Below the pieces are notes generated by a model, which made no database searches, was not told the DNA's origin, and worked only from the letters and a program-made list of their open reading frames with translations. Below are positions 14,896-28,550 of a stretch of 64,000 nt of DNA, one piece after another. Within the stretch, counting starts at the first letter, position 1. The number at the start of each line of letters is the position of its first letter. The stretch comes from Tubulanus polymorphus (lineage: Eukaryota; Animalia; Nemertea): assembly GCF_964204645.1 (NCBI RefSeq), contig NC_134026.1, forward strand, positions 26,446,150-26,510,149, written 5' to 3'. Both the position numbers and the translations under genes were made by a program.

Positions 14896-16231
14896 ATGTC
14901 GCGTCGGGTTTGGATTTGCCCGGAGTAAGCAAACTTTTTCAACAAAAACAAAAGCAAGATTGATTGACTCCAGTTGATTGAATGTGATTGCATTCTTTGT
15001 GAACAAATTCCTTATTGAAAGATAGATGAGCGAGCTTTTTAACTGAAAATCATAGACGATAACGAAGTGTTTTATCCGTTGCTAGGCTCATGTTTCTCTC
15101 ATGCCTAGATTTATAAGAAAACAGTGTTTTATTTTCCATTCTGACTGCAAACAAACATCAGTTATTGATCAAAATTCTCAGAGGAGTGGGATGAGAGATA
15201 ATAGAGAAAATGTATCGATGCCTCGAGTCTTGTTGGATTTTGAAACTACGGGGAGGCAACTTGCACTTTGCATCTTAACACAGTTTTTTTAGGATTCTCC
15301 AAAGACTTTCGACTCTGAAAGTAAAGTGAATATCCCGCCGGGATGAAATATCATTTCAGCGCATATTTAATCCACAATCAAGAGATCGAGAGTGGAGAGA
15401 TGAAGAGAATGTCGACAGTCAGAGCATGATTTATGAGAAAACAACTTCTCATATGTCAAAAACAACCGCTGAAGACGTCCTAGAAAGACTAAGATTTTTT
15501 ACATTCAAAAAGCATTTCTATGTAAATCTCTACCATAGATGATACGTACATATCAAGGAGACTGACGTAGAGGAGGGAACTTATTTGCTTTTTGAATGAT
15601 GCCCATCAATAACTCAACAGATTAACCACTGTTTTGTGGTTACTGTCTTGTGATCCTTGACCGAAAAAAAGCTCATGTAAGGCCAGGGATAAAGCAAAGC
15701 TATTTCACGGTTGTCAGATTGAGATTATGGTCTTTAAGACACCATTTTTCTAAGGATATCCATTTTACTGTACTAAGCAGCGCAGGACTTAGTACTTCAA
15801 ATGTACCTTCCAAATAGTTGCACAAATGAGCGTAGTGTAGATATCAGACCAAACTCAATCAAGATTTAAAATGTGTTTCATGTTTACCATTTCATTAGTA
15901 AAATCTTGAGTAAGAATGATTGCTCCATGGCAAAATCATTACAGGTGGAGTTGAGTAGACTCAACAGAAATAGAAAAGGTGCGAGTTCAAATCTGAAGAG
16001 TTTACAAGAGTCTAATAAAAGCTGTAACAGGATTATGAATTTTTTTCTCCATCAAACAGCTTTAGTGTTCTACTATCATTAATCAAACCTAAATCTAAAT
16101 TGATATCTTACCGATGGCAGATGATTTATGTCTATAATCATTTGATTTAATGTTTCGGATTCAAATCTGACCAGGTTCTATACTCACTGATTCTAATTAA
16201 ATGCATTCTTTCTTACAAAAGCTCGTACCTT

Positions 16232-16431
16232 CAAGGGGTAGCCACTTTCCCCCATTTATAATTTCCGATGTAAAAACACGAAATTTCCTGAGTGCAGGTG
16301 AATAGATTGTTAAAATCATTCATTTCCCAGGTTTTTGCCAAAACTCATCAAATTCCATGATTTTCGCTTATCTGTCTTGATTTTACAGATTCCCTGAGTT
16401 TTCCAGGTTTTTCAGGTCAGTGGCCACTCTG
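16232..16431. mobile_element. Degenerate MITE-like element with caggg(t)ggccac-like termini
   Basis: Left end caaggggtagccac; right end ...ttccctgagttttccaggtttttcaggtcagtggccactctg (reverse complement starts cagagtggccac). No clear TSD. Confidence 0.4.
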
Positions 16432-16959
16432 TTACTCGAAACACAAAACTCGAAACTACAATCATGTAATCGTGTCTCAACATCAAAGCACTGATTCGAA
16501 ATAGCAGAATTGAAAGTGGATATTTTTTATGAATAATGCAAGAATATCCTTTATCCGGGATATAATCAATAATTCTTTCAAAACATCAAAAGTATTGATA
16601 TTCATGATGAAACATTTCGTTATTTTTAACGCACAGATAATGATTATATTTTTCTGAATGTTTGTTAAAGATTTGGATTTATTCCAACAGTGGCTGATGT
16701 CTATGAATCCATTGATTTATGAGCAAGTATATCAATAACTTCATTACGAATTCATAGCAAACGAAAGAAAACTGAAAAGCTGTATAATAGAGAGGTGAGG
16801 ATTGTAATTCTAACTCGTACAATGTTTCCAACAATATCTAAATAATTGGAAAGTTTCTTTCGAAGACAGAGAATATTTCAAAGAAAATTCTTTATGATCG
16901 GTCTTTGAAATAAAGAATTCTCCGCCGGGAAATTCTCATTTAAGCATGTCGCTTGTAAA

Positions 16960-17384
16960 TCGAGCCGCGTCAAAATAAAATATAGAGGAGAAATGTTCAT
17001 CTTTTCGTCAATAATGTAAGCGACTCGGTGGAAAGATGCGTCAATAAAGAAAGAATAACTTTCGTCATAAAAGATATATTTATGTGATCAGTCAATCATC
17101 ATCGTCATAGGTGTGGTATATACATGTAACGAGATTGAAGCAAGAGAGTCGAAAGATCACCAGTAGCAGTGAACACACAGACCACGCGCGAGAGTCATCT
17201 CTCACTCCGTTCATCAGTCAGTGACTGCTGTGGTTGATCATAAGGAGGTTTCCAGTTCGGATTAAACCTTCAGCCTGGGCTGACATGTAGTTATAGTCTT
17301 AGTAAATATCAACGCTTATACAAACATTCTTCTTCTTGGATATTCAAACTTAGGATTACTTGAGAAGCATTTCTCCATGTAAGT
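16960..17384 (+). promoter_or_regulatory. Candidate promoter and non-coding first exon of the 30867 GPCR
   Basis: Five CGTCA half-sites (16968-17107), tatata at 17117, Inr-like tcagtc at about 17214, and a consensus donor AT|GTAAGT at 17378/17379. Linkage to the acceptor at 30400 is inferred. Confidence 0.35.
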
Positions 17385-20300
17385 TTTAGTCGGTTGTTAT
17401 CTATGCCTTTTAAATTCTTACTAGTCAAGTAGGATATTTACTGTTTCCATAGTTTTTTCTTCGTTGAAATGTATTCATCTTCACTGTATTGAAGCTGAGC
17501 TGCGTATGCACTTCAGACATTCAATTACAGATCTTTGTTTTTCATATCTCGAAGATCATAGAAAAAAAGAAGTAAAAAATCTGTGCAATTCTATCCATCA
17601 ACAAATAGTCAATCCATTCCTTTCAGAATTTTCTTCATAGACCCATCATCACTTACAAGATCTACATAATTATCTATGAAAAAGTTGAAGATTTTTGAAA
17701 ACTATACACTATAATATATTATTTCCAATATGTTGACCTTAGATTGAAAGTTGCTGGATAAAGATATCTGTATGACTGGTATCATCATTTAAGTGCGGTA
17801 ATTATACAATTTTACAACTCTCTCATGTGCATCTTGAACATGTAAAATAGAGATAAGTGGCGCGGCTAATGTGCGAATAATTAGATGTTCACTGATTTCA
17901 AGTGATTTCCAATGATAAATACGATAAATACGCAACTTTGAGAATCCCTCAGTAAACAGATTTATACCTCCTCAACACCTGGTTCTAGACTACGAGTGTA
18001 TAAAGTTTCTCGCCATTTGGTTCAGATTTGAATTTATTTTGCATGGAAGCTTTGGGAATTCTAAAGGTAACGTAGCTTTCATTGAGGGTTCAAATTTGAC
18101 TCTGATTTCGGATAATGAACTGATCGTAGCTCTAGAGTCAAACTTCACTCACTACTGTAGAACTGAGTCAAAAACTTTATACCTAGCTCAGATTAATGAC
18201 CTAAACAACGTTGATGCGAATGAAGATATTGGGTCTTAAAATATGACGCATCAGTGAGAAATGATAAAGTATAGTACTGGTAATACGCCGTTAGTCAAGT
18301 TTGTAGTACTCCGGGGACATAGATCTTACTTTACGATAATATTTAGCCATTCAACTCACATCAGATAATCCATCTTTTTTCTTATGACGCAACATGTGGA
18401 TTGTTCATACGTGGGATTCAGTGAAGATAAATTACTGGATCAAATCGATTCAGTTGCATACTCTATTATCCATGACAGTAAACGCAGTACGGACTCAAAT
18501 CAGCCACACGTATTGGCCTTCAAATAACACCCACATTGAGGGGATGCAGAAGAGGGTATAAGATCTTAATTCGGACTCTGAAAAAATTAATAGTATGTTC
18601 CAGGATTCAGTGAGATACGATTCTGCGATAACAAAGGAATACAAATGCGAAGATGGATTTTCATATGGTTTCATATTAAAACTGATAGAATATCGTATAA
18701 AAATGGTAAACATAGAATATTTTTCTGGAAAAAAGAACGACTATCATGTGTTCTACGTGTGATGCCGTCAAATATATAATGCTTGATGTATCAGCTGTCA
18801 ATATTTCTATCACAACATTAGATATATTATAATATTTCGAGACCGGTGCGATAAATTCATAATGCAGTCTGTCCTTACTAACTAATCAGCCAAATAAATG
18901 TGCACTCTACGGATTGTACAGATTTTCTAGGCTTGCTCCCATTCTTTTTCTTTCTCTTTCTGAAGACTAAATCTAATACACAGTAATATTTGCTCTTCAT
19001 AATTAACAAAGCTGATCATGTTTCGCCTATGATTTATAATCTAATACAACCTCTCGAGTATACTGATATCAAATATCATTAGACATTACTCGAACTTGGT
19101 AAGTGTTTCTACACATGCACTGAATTTTTGTTTAACCAGGCAAAAGAACTTTTTTATTTTACCTATTTCAAAATTTATTAGTGCTTCCCGGGCTAGCTAT
19201 CGATACTATAAACAATGTAAATATCAGTTCAATAAGAAACGCTTCCTCGAAGTATGTCGGTGTTTAAACTCGCGCTTGAAGATATAAATACAACTAATTA
19301 GTTAGATAAATCATTTGCCCGAACATCTCACAGTTTACAGTTATACGAGTATTATGTAAGAAAAATTTATATTCTAAAGTCTATGAAATTTGAGGCAAAA
19401 GTGATTAATCAATATACTCGTGTGATATATAAGACAAAATCTATATACCATTGAAGTCGCAATATCAAAGGCTACTGTGACTGTAATTAGTAAATTTACT
19501 ATTACATATCTACCTTAGTCACATCAGCATTAACATCGAACAACACCAAAACCCCAAACATGATATGTTTATATAAAGGTAAATGCTACTATTCATGACG
19601 GGGAAAGTTTTGAAGTTGATGATGCAAGAGTTTTATAGAAAATGAATGATTTTTGAAGTCCATAGATATGTATGGTATGCATCGACAGATTTATGTGAAT
19701 TTCTACGTATTTTCTATCGGCTGACTAATGCATTGCTCTAAACATTGCTTGTCAACGAAGCGTCTAATTTTACCTTCTATAGATTGTTATTCCTGGTAAA
19801 GGGAAATACACTAATTAGATGTTATGTATTTGTTCCTGATGATTTACCTGATCAAGTGGCATCTACTGTTTAAATCATCTGTTTTCTTCAGCTTTTTAAA
19901 ATCCCAAATGTTTCCCCCCTTCAAACAAATCATACTATTGGTGTTAGGTTAATGTAGCTGTTTAGGATGATGTTTTTGGTCGTAAACTGTCTGACATCTA
20001 GGGTTTATTATAACTATTCACTTCGTTAAAAATGAATACAGCCAACAAACAACAGTTTATAGTTATCTGGGAGTGAAAAGAATTTCATAGAATTCAGAAC
20101 CAAAACGATTTGCACCAAATTTTTGACTTATTGGTTTCGGCAAGATGTAGAAATACAAGCTTTTCGTGAAATGAAATTTCTTCAGTTAAATTGCAAATTC
20201 TAATGTCACACATGAAGAAGAATATTTATGACTGAATTCAGCCATATAAAATCATCCCATATGACAGACGCTAAGAGCCTGATGTTATGTGGGTCTAGTT

Positions 20301-23300
20301 TCTAGGGATGTTTTACAAACTAACTTTGCCAAGCGAGTGGGACTGTTGAAATTGATGACAATGCCTAATTTGAGAAATGGCACAAGCTGACTATTGCAAG
20401 GTTGATAAATGGATTTCTGGATTTAGAAGAACTGAAAATGTCGGTGAAGGAAATAAGAGCTGAAAAGACGAAAATGTCTCGTTCCATGTAATCAACGTAG
20501 AAATTGAGCGGTAGACAAGAAGCTTATTGCTCATAGTATATCACTACACGTGTGAGACTAGCCCCTGGCTAGACAGTTTCATTTATTTTCAAATTCTCTA
20601 TTAAGCAAGCTTAAATTAATTTCTAACTGGATTTCCACTTTCTCTGCGTTATCGCCAGCTAGATCATACGCACACCACACTCTCATACATCAAAAACTAT
20701 TGACGCGACTCTTTCAAAACGAACAATTTGTGAAATTTATGGTTTTATGCAAATGTTTTATGACTTATAGTGAATTCATTATATCGTTCAAATTATAGTC
20801 GGCCGCCGGTAATTACCAATCACTGACCGGTTTCTTGGCAACATCGATATTGTAGAGTTGTAATATTTCACGGAGATGAGGGGCGTCAATCATTTTCGTC
20901 AATTTGCCCTGTCACCCCGATTCTCCGGGAATGGGAATAAATGAATTTCGCCGCCGACAACGGGACAACCAGAAAGAAAACCCGAAGAAAAGTTCAGTGA
21001 TCGATCGTCGCGTCTGATCGCTTCGAATCGTTTTAATTAAAATTGACTCGGTGTGAGTGAAATTCCTCGCACTCTCGTCGCTCACTGAAAAATCATTTGT
21101 GGAAAAGATTTGAAATGAACAGATAGTGTCTGTAGTAATTTGAATTCAAACGAACGCGCTTTTTCTTAGGTTTTTTTGACGCCTTAAAAACCGTTACAAT
21201 AATGTTTATATACATTGATAACTACTATGCGTTATTCGAGGAGTTCTGTGTGAGTCAATGTGCACTACGTCATCAATATCAGCATTTCATAATAACAATT
21301 ACAATTGCGAATGTTGGCGTTTATTTGTAATTAGATATATTTCATAACTCTTATCATTCTATATTTGATAAGGATTTTTGAGAGGATGTGCACTATGTCA
21401 TCGATACATCTGGGCTCCACTGGTTGCCGATCAATTCAATTCAATTATAGATATATTCAAATTCAACATATGCGATATTTTTCAAGGCGTCAATTTCAAA
21501 GTTAGTTCGTTTGTTTTACTCATGATCTCTTAAGTTCTGCCTCTTTTTCATGAACCCCTGAGACATTGAGATATTGTATCCTGTAATAAGGCAAAAATTA
21601 CGTTACCTGAAATGAGGGATCCTTCACTGAAAAAGCAATTAAGTGACAATGTTGTGGGCAAACTGCCTAGATAAGAGTCAAATTAATAAACCAGTGGCTT
21701 CTGCCTATCACAATATCAACAAACTGGACAGTACAAACACAGGTGATGGGATATTGCATTCATGCTAATAACAGTGAGGGGTCAAAGGCCATAAAAGAAC
21801 AGTGATGAGAAACCAGAAATAATGAACGAAACTCATGAAATAGAAACATGTGATCATTTAATGAGAAGTTCATGACAAATAGCTTTTCATAACGAAAAAT
21901 GTCATATCCAGTTGTTCATCTGTAGTAATCTTAGAATGACATCATTTCAGGCAGTTAGTAGAAGGTAACATCAGGTAACTCTATTAGCTGATGGCATGTA
22001 ATCCCATTTAACACATGAGAAAGGTTAATTACGCTCGAATTCACGCTTGTCCCTGATGGATTTATTAGACCGTTGATGGTAGTCCGAGTCATTATTAGCT
22101 ATTTGTCCTAACAGGAATATTCAGGTCTTCGGAAACCTTACACAGCAATCACATCGCAATCTATGTCTCAAGATGTCATTGGCTGAACGACTAGTTGACC
22201 ACAATTTGAAGTATCTAAACCACAATATGTACATCTTTTTGGCACTTTTTTGAGAAGACACCATTGATATTTTTTTAATCTATTCTAACATACTATCCAT
22301 AATATACTTTTTCTCATTTCAAGTAGTACATTGAATTGCTTTTCTGTTCTAGTTTGAACTAACTGCCTTTTAAGATTCCTGGCTATGGCTATCAATTCAT
22401 CAGCCTTATATGATATTTCAGTGAATGTCCATGTTTTCTAGCCCAGGAAATGTTTCTGTTTAAAGGCTGATCATTTTTACAGCATTGAGTTGGTGGCTCG
22501 ACAGTAGAGAGTTACCGAGTGAGTATGCTTCAGTGGATCAGAAATGTGAGATATATCCGCAGTTTATTATTGATAAACGCAAATTGTCGTTATGAGAGAA
22601 ATGCATAATCTACCGTCCCACATTCCATCATTGATTTATATCTGTCACAGATGATGATTCATTGATAGGCTATTTCCTAACGTGAGAAATGTCCGGTTAT
22701 TTTCTCACTTCTTGCGATTCTTCACTGAATTCCGAATCTTTTGAGCAAATTCAGCCGAAATCGGGTGAATTACATTTCCATGGTACGATCCGGTACGAGG
22801 ACAAAAGTTTATCTATTTTCAAGAAATATCAAACGAAATGATTGCCAATGGTGCTGTATCATCAACTTCTCTATTTTCATTATCAAACCATCGAAGACTA
22901 AAAATTGTAGTCTGTACTTGTGATATGAAGTGAAGTCGACAACCGGATAAAAGATAAATTTTCCTCGATCCAAGGCCTAATGAAATCAATATGAAGTATA
23001 TGGCACATTTTGTGCAGCCCGTAATGACATGTATTCTTGATAGTTTGGTACGGGTGTCGAGATTACTTTCAAATTGAATTTCAAAATTTGTCGTATGATC
23101 GATTATCACTGTGATTTATACAGGGTAATCGTACTCCGAATGAGATTATCATTTTTCTGTATGAGGTTTGAGGTTTACAGTTACGCAAAAATCCATTTCA
23201 AATTCAACCTTTACTCCGTTAATATGCATATTCCGATGGAATGCGCAATTTGCATTTCCAACGGAAATCTTAATTTTATATGATAACTCGAAGCTATGTG

Positions 23301-26300
23301 CTTTGAATGAGAATGTTTTTTGATTCTAGAAGATCACGTAGTCATCAATGAAACACGTTAGGTTTATTGCAGAAATACACTGGCAGTTGATATCTTGATT
23401 ACGGTATCTCTATTTCATGCAACCCATCGGATTACCGGACTGTTATTCTGTGATACAAATTTCATCCGTTGTATTTTGCTGGCACCAGCCTGCCGCTTTT
23501 TACCGATGTAACAAATCAGTTTTGCAAGAAGAAATTCATGATGAGCTCATAAATAGACTGTCAATTATAAGCTCCTCGCTAATTCTAGCTCGGTTTCAGA
23601 TACGTGGAAATCATGTACTCTTGAAATGACGCCTGATAATATTCATAGCCGAGAGTTTTTGCATGTAAAAAAGTTATCTGACATTCGAAGCATGTAGACA
23701 GATTTTACCATATGAATGACCGCAGGGCTGTTCTGACTTATGATTGCCAGTCACAGTAACTGCATTGATAAAAGCTCATCATTATCAAAATGAAGTTTCC
23801 TTATCCATGTCTCTGGACTTTTAGAACTGGGATGGACATTTTTAGGTCAATCAAGTATTCATTTAATCCTCATAATCTTCCTCATCAATATTTTCTCATA
23901 GCCTTTGAGGCTCCGTTCTGTCTTGCCAATCTTTGCCCTAAACCTAGACCAGTTACACAATATCACCGATCTACTTACAGTCTCATATTGTCTGGATACA
24001 TTCTTATCTTTGGGTAAGGAAATTAGGCTTTGCTCATTCTTACACTGAAGAAAAGTTACTTTTGTATCGGAGAGATCCCCCATCACATCACTCCAGGGAT
24101 TCGAGACCTCAATAATTCAATATATGAAATCCTTTAACTCAATTGAGCGCATTTCTTATCAGACTAAATGCCAAAAATCATCAATTTCAAGCCGATATAA
24201 ACTGAATTTCGCCATGCGGAAGATTCTATTTGATAGGGAAAAGCATTCAATTGTATTCAAAAGGAGAAAGTACGAAATATATATACATACATAGTGGATC
24301 TTTTTAATGACGTGTATTTCAGCGGAGAAATCACAGTTTCTGATGATATCGATCGTTTGATTAGGTTCATCGTTAAGTGCTTAGAAAGAAGTTATTCGTT
24401 AGATTATGGTTTCAATTCTTCGGATTTGGAAAAAAAAGTACCTAAGGCATGAAACATGCTTAGATTCCTACTCGTATTCATCAAAGCCTTATCCCTTGTC
24501 TTAAGCAGATAAAACCAGTAAGAGGAAGTGGGGAACAGAGCATACTAAAATCGCATTAACCTAATTGGTGATTCCTCATTCGGTGACAACGCATGGAAAA
24601 TACAATCAAGTGTCAATTTTGAAACAACTAGAACTCCATCAAAATTGATCAAATGAAATTGGAAATTAACTTATTAGTATTCAGCTCAGCTTCCATAGCA
24701 GTCAGTTCATTTCACAGCTAATATGGTTTTTGTCGGAAAAATGATAGAGTACTACATGGCTGCTGGATATCATATGAAGCGTAAGAAAGTTAAAGCACAA
24801 GCCATTTCCCAAAAATATAAATATTAGAAAAGAAAATTCAGAGATAGAAAATCATGTGGAAGGAAGTCATTTGATAACAACATATGAATATTTTTCATAT
24901 CATAATATTTCCATGTAGATCCAATGGGTTCCGATAATGATTAACCCTTCAGATCAGGATTTCTTAGGTTTAAAACATGTTTGGCTCTCAAGATCTCATA
25001 ATGTCGATGAAGCCATCTATCTGTCAAACATAATAATGAATTGCAGCTACTAGATATTCTAGTAGTTCCTCTATGAAACACCAGATTGCGCCGCGGTATA
25101 ATGACATATGGCAAACCATAAAGATACATCAGTAAGATCAATAAATTATGAGATAGTTTTAGCTATGATCATCCGCATGATGTTGGGCAAAACAAACCCC
25201 GAATGTGAACACAGTGTACTTGAGGTGAGCATCGATATCATTAAACTATAATCAGTATTCCTTCCCAAGGGCAATCAATGATATTAGCCATAAAAGAGAT
25301 AAGTTCCCTGAATTTTTTTGCAGGTGAATAAAAAAGATATTTCAATACTAGACAAAACATTTCGAATGCAGCGAGTTCAGATATATATATATATATTTTC
25401 TATCGATTGATTCCTGAGTAGTTGATTTAAATTATGGATGCAAATTCTGCCCATTGGCAACATCAAAATGGGTAATTATCAGAAAACAAGTATTTTATGG
25501 CTCTATAAGGGGAATAGAATTCCTAAGTTTCATCTGCTGCATGCATGTGTGGAACATCCAAAAATTCCCTAGATAATTCACAAAATTTCATGATCAAATA
25601 TTACCACGAAGTGGCAGCAAATAAAGGCATATTTCGTCATAAGGATGGAGGATGGCAGGAGATGCAGGTTACTCGAGCCAATTACGCTAATGACATTAAC
25701 AGGTTCACATTGGCCATTGCAGAGACATTCATCATGAATTTGATTAAAAACATGCATATACTATTAATACATATTTACATATGCTGCAAATTAGAAAGAT
25801 AAATGACTAAATATTAAGATGTTCCAGATAGCATGCATCCAATCATTTCAATAAAATCATGATAATTAAGCCTATGTCCCCTGATACTGATGTATATCAA
25901 CTAAAGTCAATGACTGAGTTGTTAGGTATAAACAATCTTTCTATGTCGTGTGACCGCTCACATTGCGCATCCATTTATTTTTTCTATTCATTTATTCCTT
26001 GATTTCGGCTGCGTGATTTTTTGTGTAATTGAATAGATCTATTCATTTCGTTTCATTTGATAGTGACAGTTCAGCAATTACGTTAGTTGGCGATGATTGT
26101 GCGATCTCATCACATCAAACCGCACTTGGCCTCATTTTTCTATCCGACAAACAACTTTTCAAACTAATTTCATCTCGAAGGTTGCTTGATAACAATGAAA
26201 TGAATAGGAGTTCATGTTAGATTAGGTGTTCATATTTCATTTAAAACAGCTTGGCAGGAATAATTTTGAATGATTAGCTGAACAATCAAAAGAAAACATG

Positions 26301-28472
26301 CAACAGATATTTCAATATTTGAAACCAAATATGATCTCAGAATTGATTGTATGAATGAACTATTGCATTTCATGTTACACAAATATCGCTGAATTATTGC
26401 TCCACCATTTCAACTGCATGAAGTTACAATTTACGGACAATATCTCGTATCTTTGCATTACGATTTTCATTTACAATGAATAAATCAATCATCACAAATT
26501 CTAAACAGTGGCACCTGATTCTTAGATTCTATTGCAATGTTGTAAAGTTCACTGGACCCGAAATCCTGGTCAATATTTATGTCTAGATTAGATAATTAAT
26601 CATTATAAAACTGATCAATTTGTATCATATGTTCCATCAGGGTTAACGTCTATGTTAAGAACTCACAGATAAGTTCGCGTGATACAAAATCATTTAGCTG
26701 TCCGCGTAATTCTTGGAATGTGAATCACATTGTCAGGCAGCATTCCCCTCGGGCCCAGGTCCGTCAGATTAGACATAATACTAATTATGATTTCATAGTA
26801 TAAAATCAGTCATTGATTCTCCGCGAATACTTTTATATATATATATGTTTATATGCTAGTAGTGAAAATTATTCATAAAAAAAAAACAGAAGTAAAAGAT
26901 TCATAATCGATGGTTGGCCAGTGGTTTATAGATCCCGTAAATGTCTGGTATTAAATGACGTAAGGTGGAAATTCGAAACTGTTTACATATGGCCTTGTCC
27001 CCTCAGTCATGGGTTAAAGGCTAACACCGGGTCACTCAATACTTCAACCTGAAACTGAATACAGATTAAAAGTACATCATACAACTTCAACATTTGGTCT
27101 TTTTAGTGGAATACTAATATTGCCACTGCAGTTATACATAGGTTCCAGGTTGCATCCTTAAAATGATTAAAATCAATGTCCAATAGTATGTTTCCCATCA
27201 CTCAGCAATATCGTATTTGAAGTCAATATTCAACAGATAATGTTTACTGTCCAGTCACAACTATAAGTCTCTTAGCGTTTACCTCCTAAAGTGATGCAGG
27301 TATCTGAAGCCCCAGACAGCGCGATAAATATTCAAAGGATGCCGCTTTCTTTGCAAGATAAATGACTATTTACCGTACCTGTGCGTTTAATGGCAATCAT
27401 TTCGACGATATCAGACTATTATCCATGAGATAGAGGAAGTTTTGGGATTAGTAAATCATGCAATTTTAATCCAGTAATGGGCATATTAGTCATTGATAGT
27501 TTTCGTGCAATGACACCAAGAATAAATCAATATATCACCAAAAAATATGAAGTCATGACTTTTCCGGTCGGAGTATCGTATTCATCTAATTTATAATAAG
27601 TGGCTGATATAATTTCATTTATGGCTTCGTAATGATAGGTTATATGTCCGCTGGTAGTTAGTAATTCAATCTGTGAATTATAGATGACCATTTGCTCAGT
27701 CGCATTATCTGTAACTCAAACCTAAGACAAGTCGAAGCTAATACACCTACGCAATATTGGTGGAATTTACTGGATTGTAAACCAGACTATAGTTTCAGAG
27801 AATCAATAGGTTGTCTGGCTGGTCATCGAAACTACAATAACCGGAATTCGTCGCGATATTTGACGACAATTTGGGTGACGATTTAATACAAATCCGCGCG
27901 GCGTCCTCCATGTTATGTGTGAAATTGTTTTCCGTTCTGTGCTGATGCCTTTGTCGATAAAACATTTTAACATGCGATGGCGTAAAATTAAATTCCATCG
28001 TGAGTATGACATGAATGGAATCATTTCTCCGACAAACTGTGAGCGAAATGCATCAATCAAACCGATATTATACCCAAACCCCGACTCATGATGACATTGA
28101 TACAACAGTTATATTTTACCAATGTTTTCCAGCATGAAATGCCCAACGTAACCACACAAAATATCGGCCGGCTGGTAGTTACATTGTGTTATTACTTAAC
28201 AAAAGTTTCCGTGGAAAAACAGATGACTCGATACTAAAATCACTGTCATAACAAATTTTATGAATTGCTAACAACGATATAAAGAGCAACAGCGATTGTT
28301 TCGCCTGAAAGCGGTGCGTACGTATAGTGAATACACTTATAAATGGCTGCGCGTTTAGAAGCAGTAACTATAACATGATCAATATTATACGACATCAATG
28401 GTTTTAGAAAATTGATATGGAGACATCGGGATGAAAACTTCCTGAAATGAATGCGCTTAAAGCTCAACTCAC

Positions 28473-28550
28473 CCACCGGTAAAATACATGAAACAGATTG
28501 CAGAATGAATACCGTACGTACCTGAAACGATACAACGAAAGAAAACATGA
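28473..28550 (-). other. Candidate recursive splice site (ratchet point) with 49-nt cryptic exon
   Basis: Minus strand ttttctttcgttgtatcgtttcag|GTACGT (junction 28522/28521), followed by a donor GG|GTGAGT at 28473/28472. Confidence 0.5.

Noticed and set aside
25305-25330. Plus-strand ttttttgcag|gtgaat as a ratchet point in the GPCR 5' intron
   Set aside because: Weak donor, and the context (ttccctga..gcaggtgaata) resembles the repeat sequence at 16284-16303, so it is probably repeat-derived.
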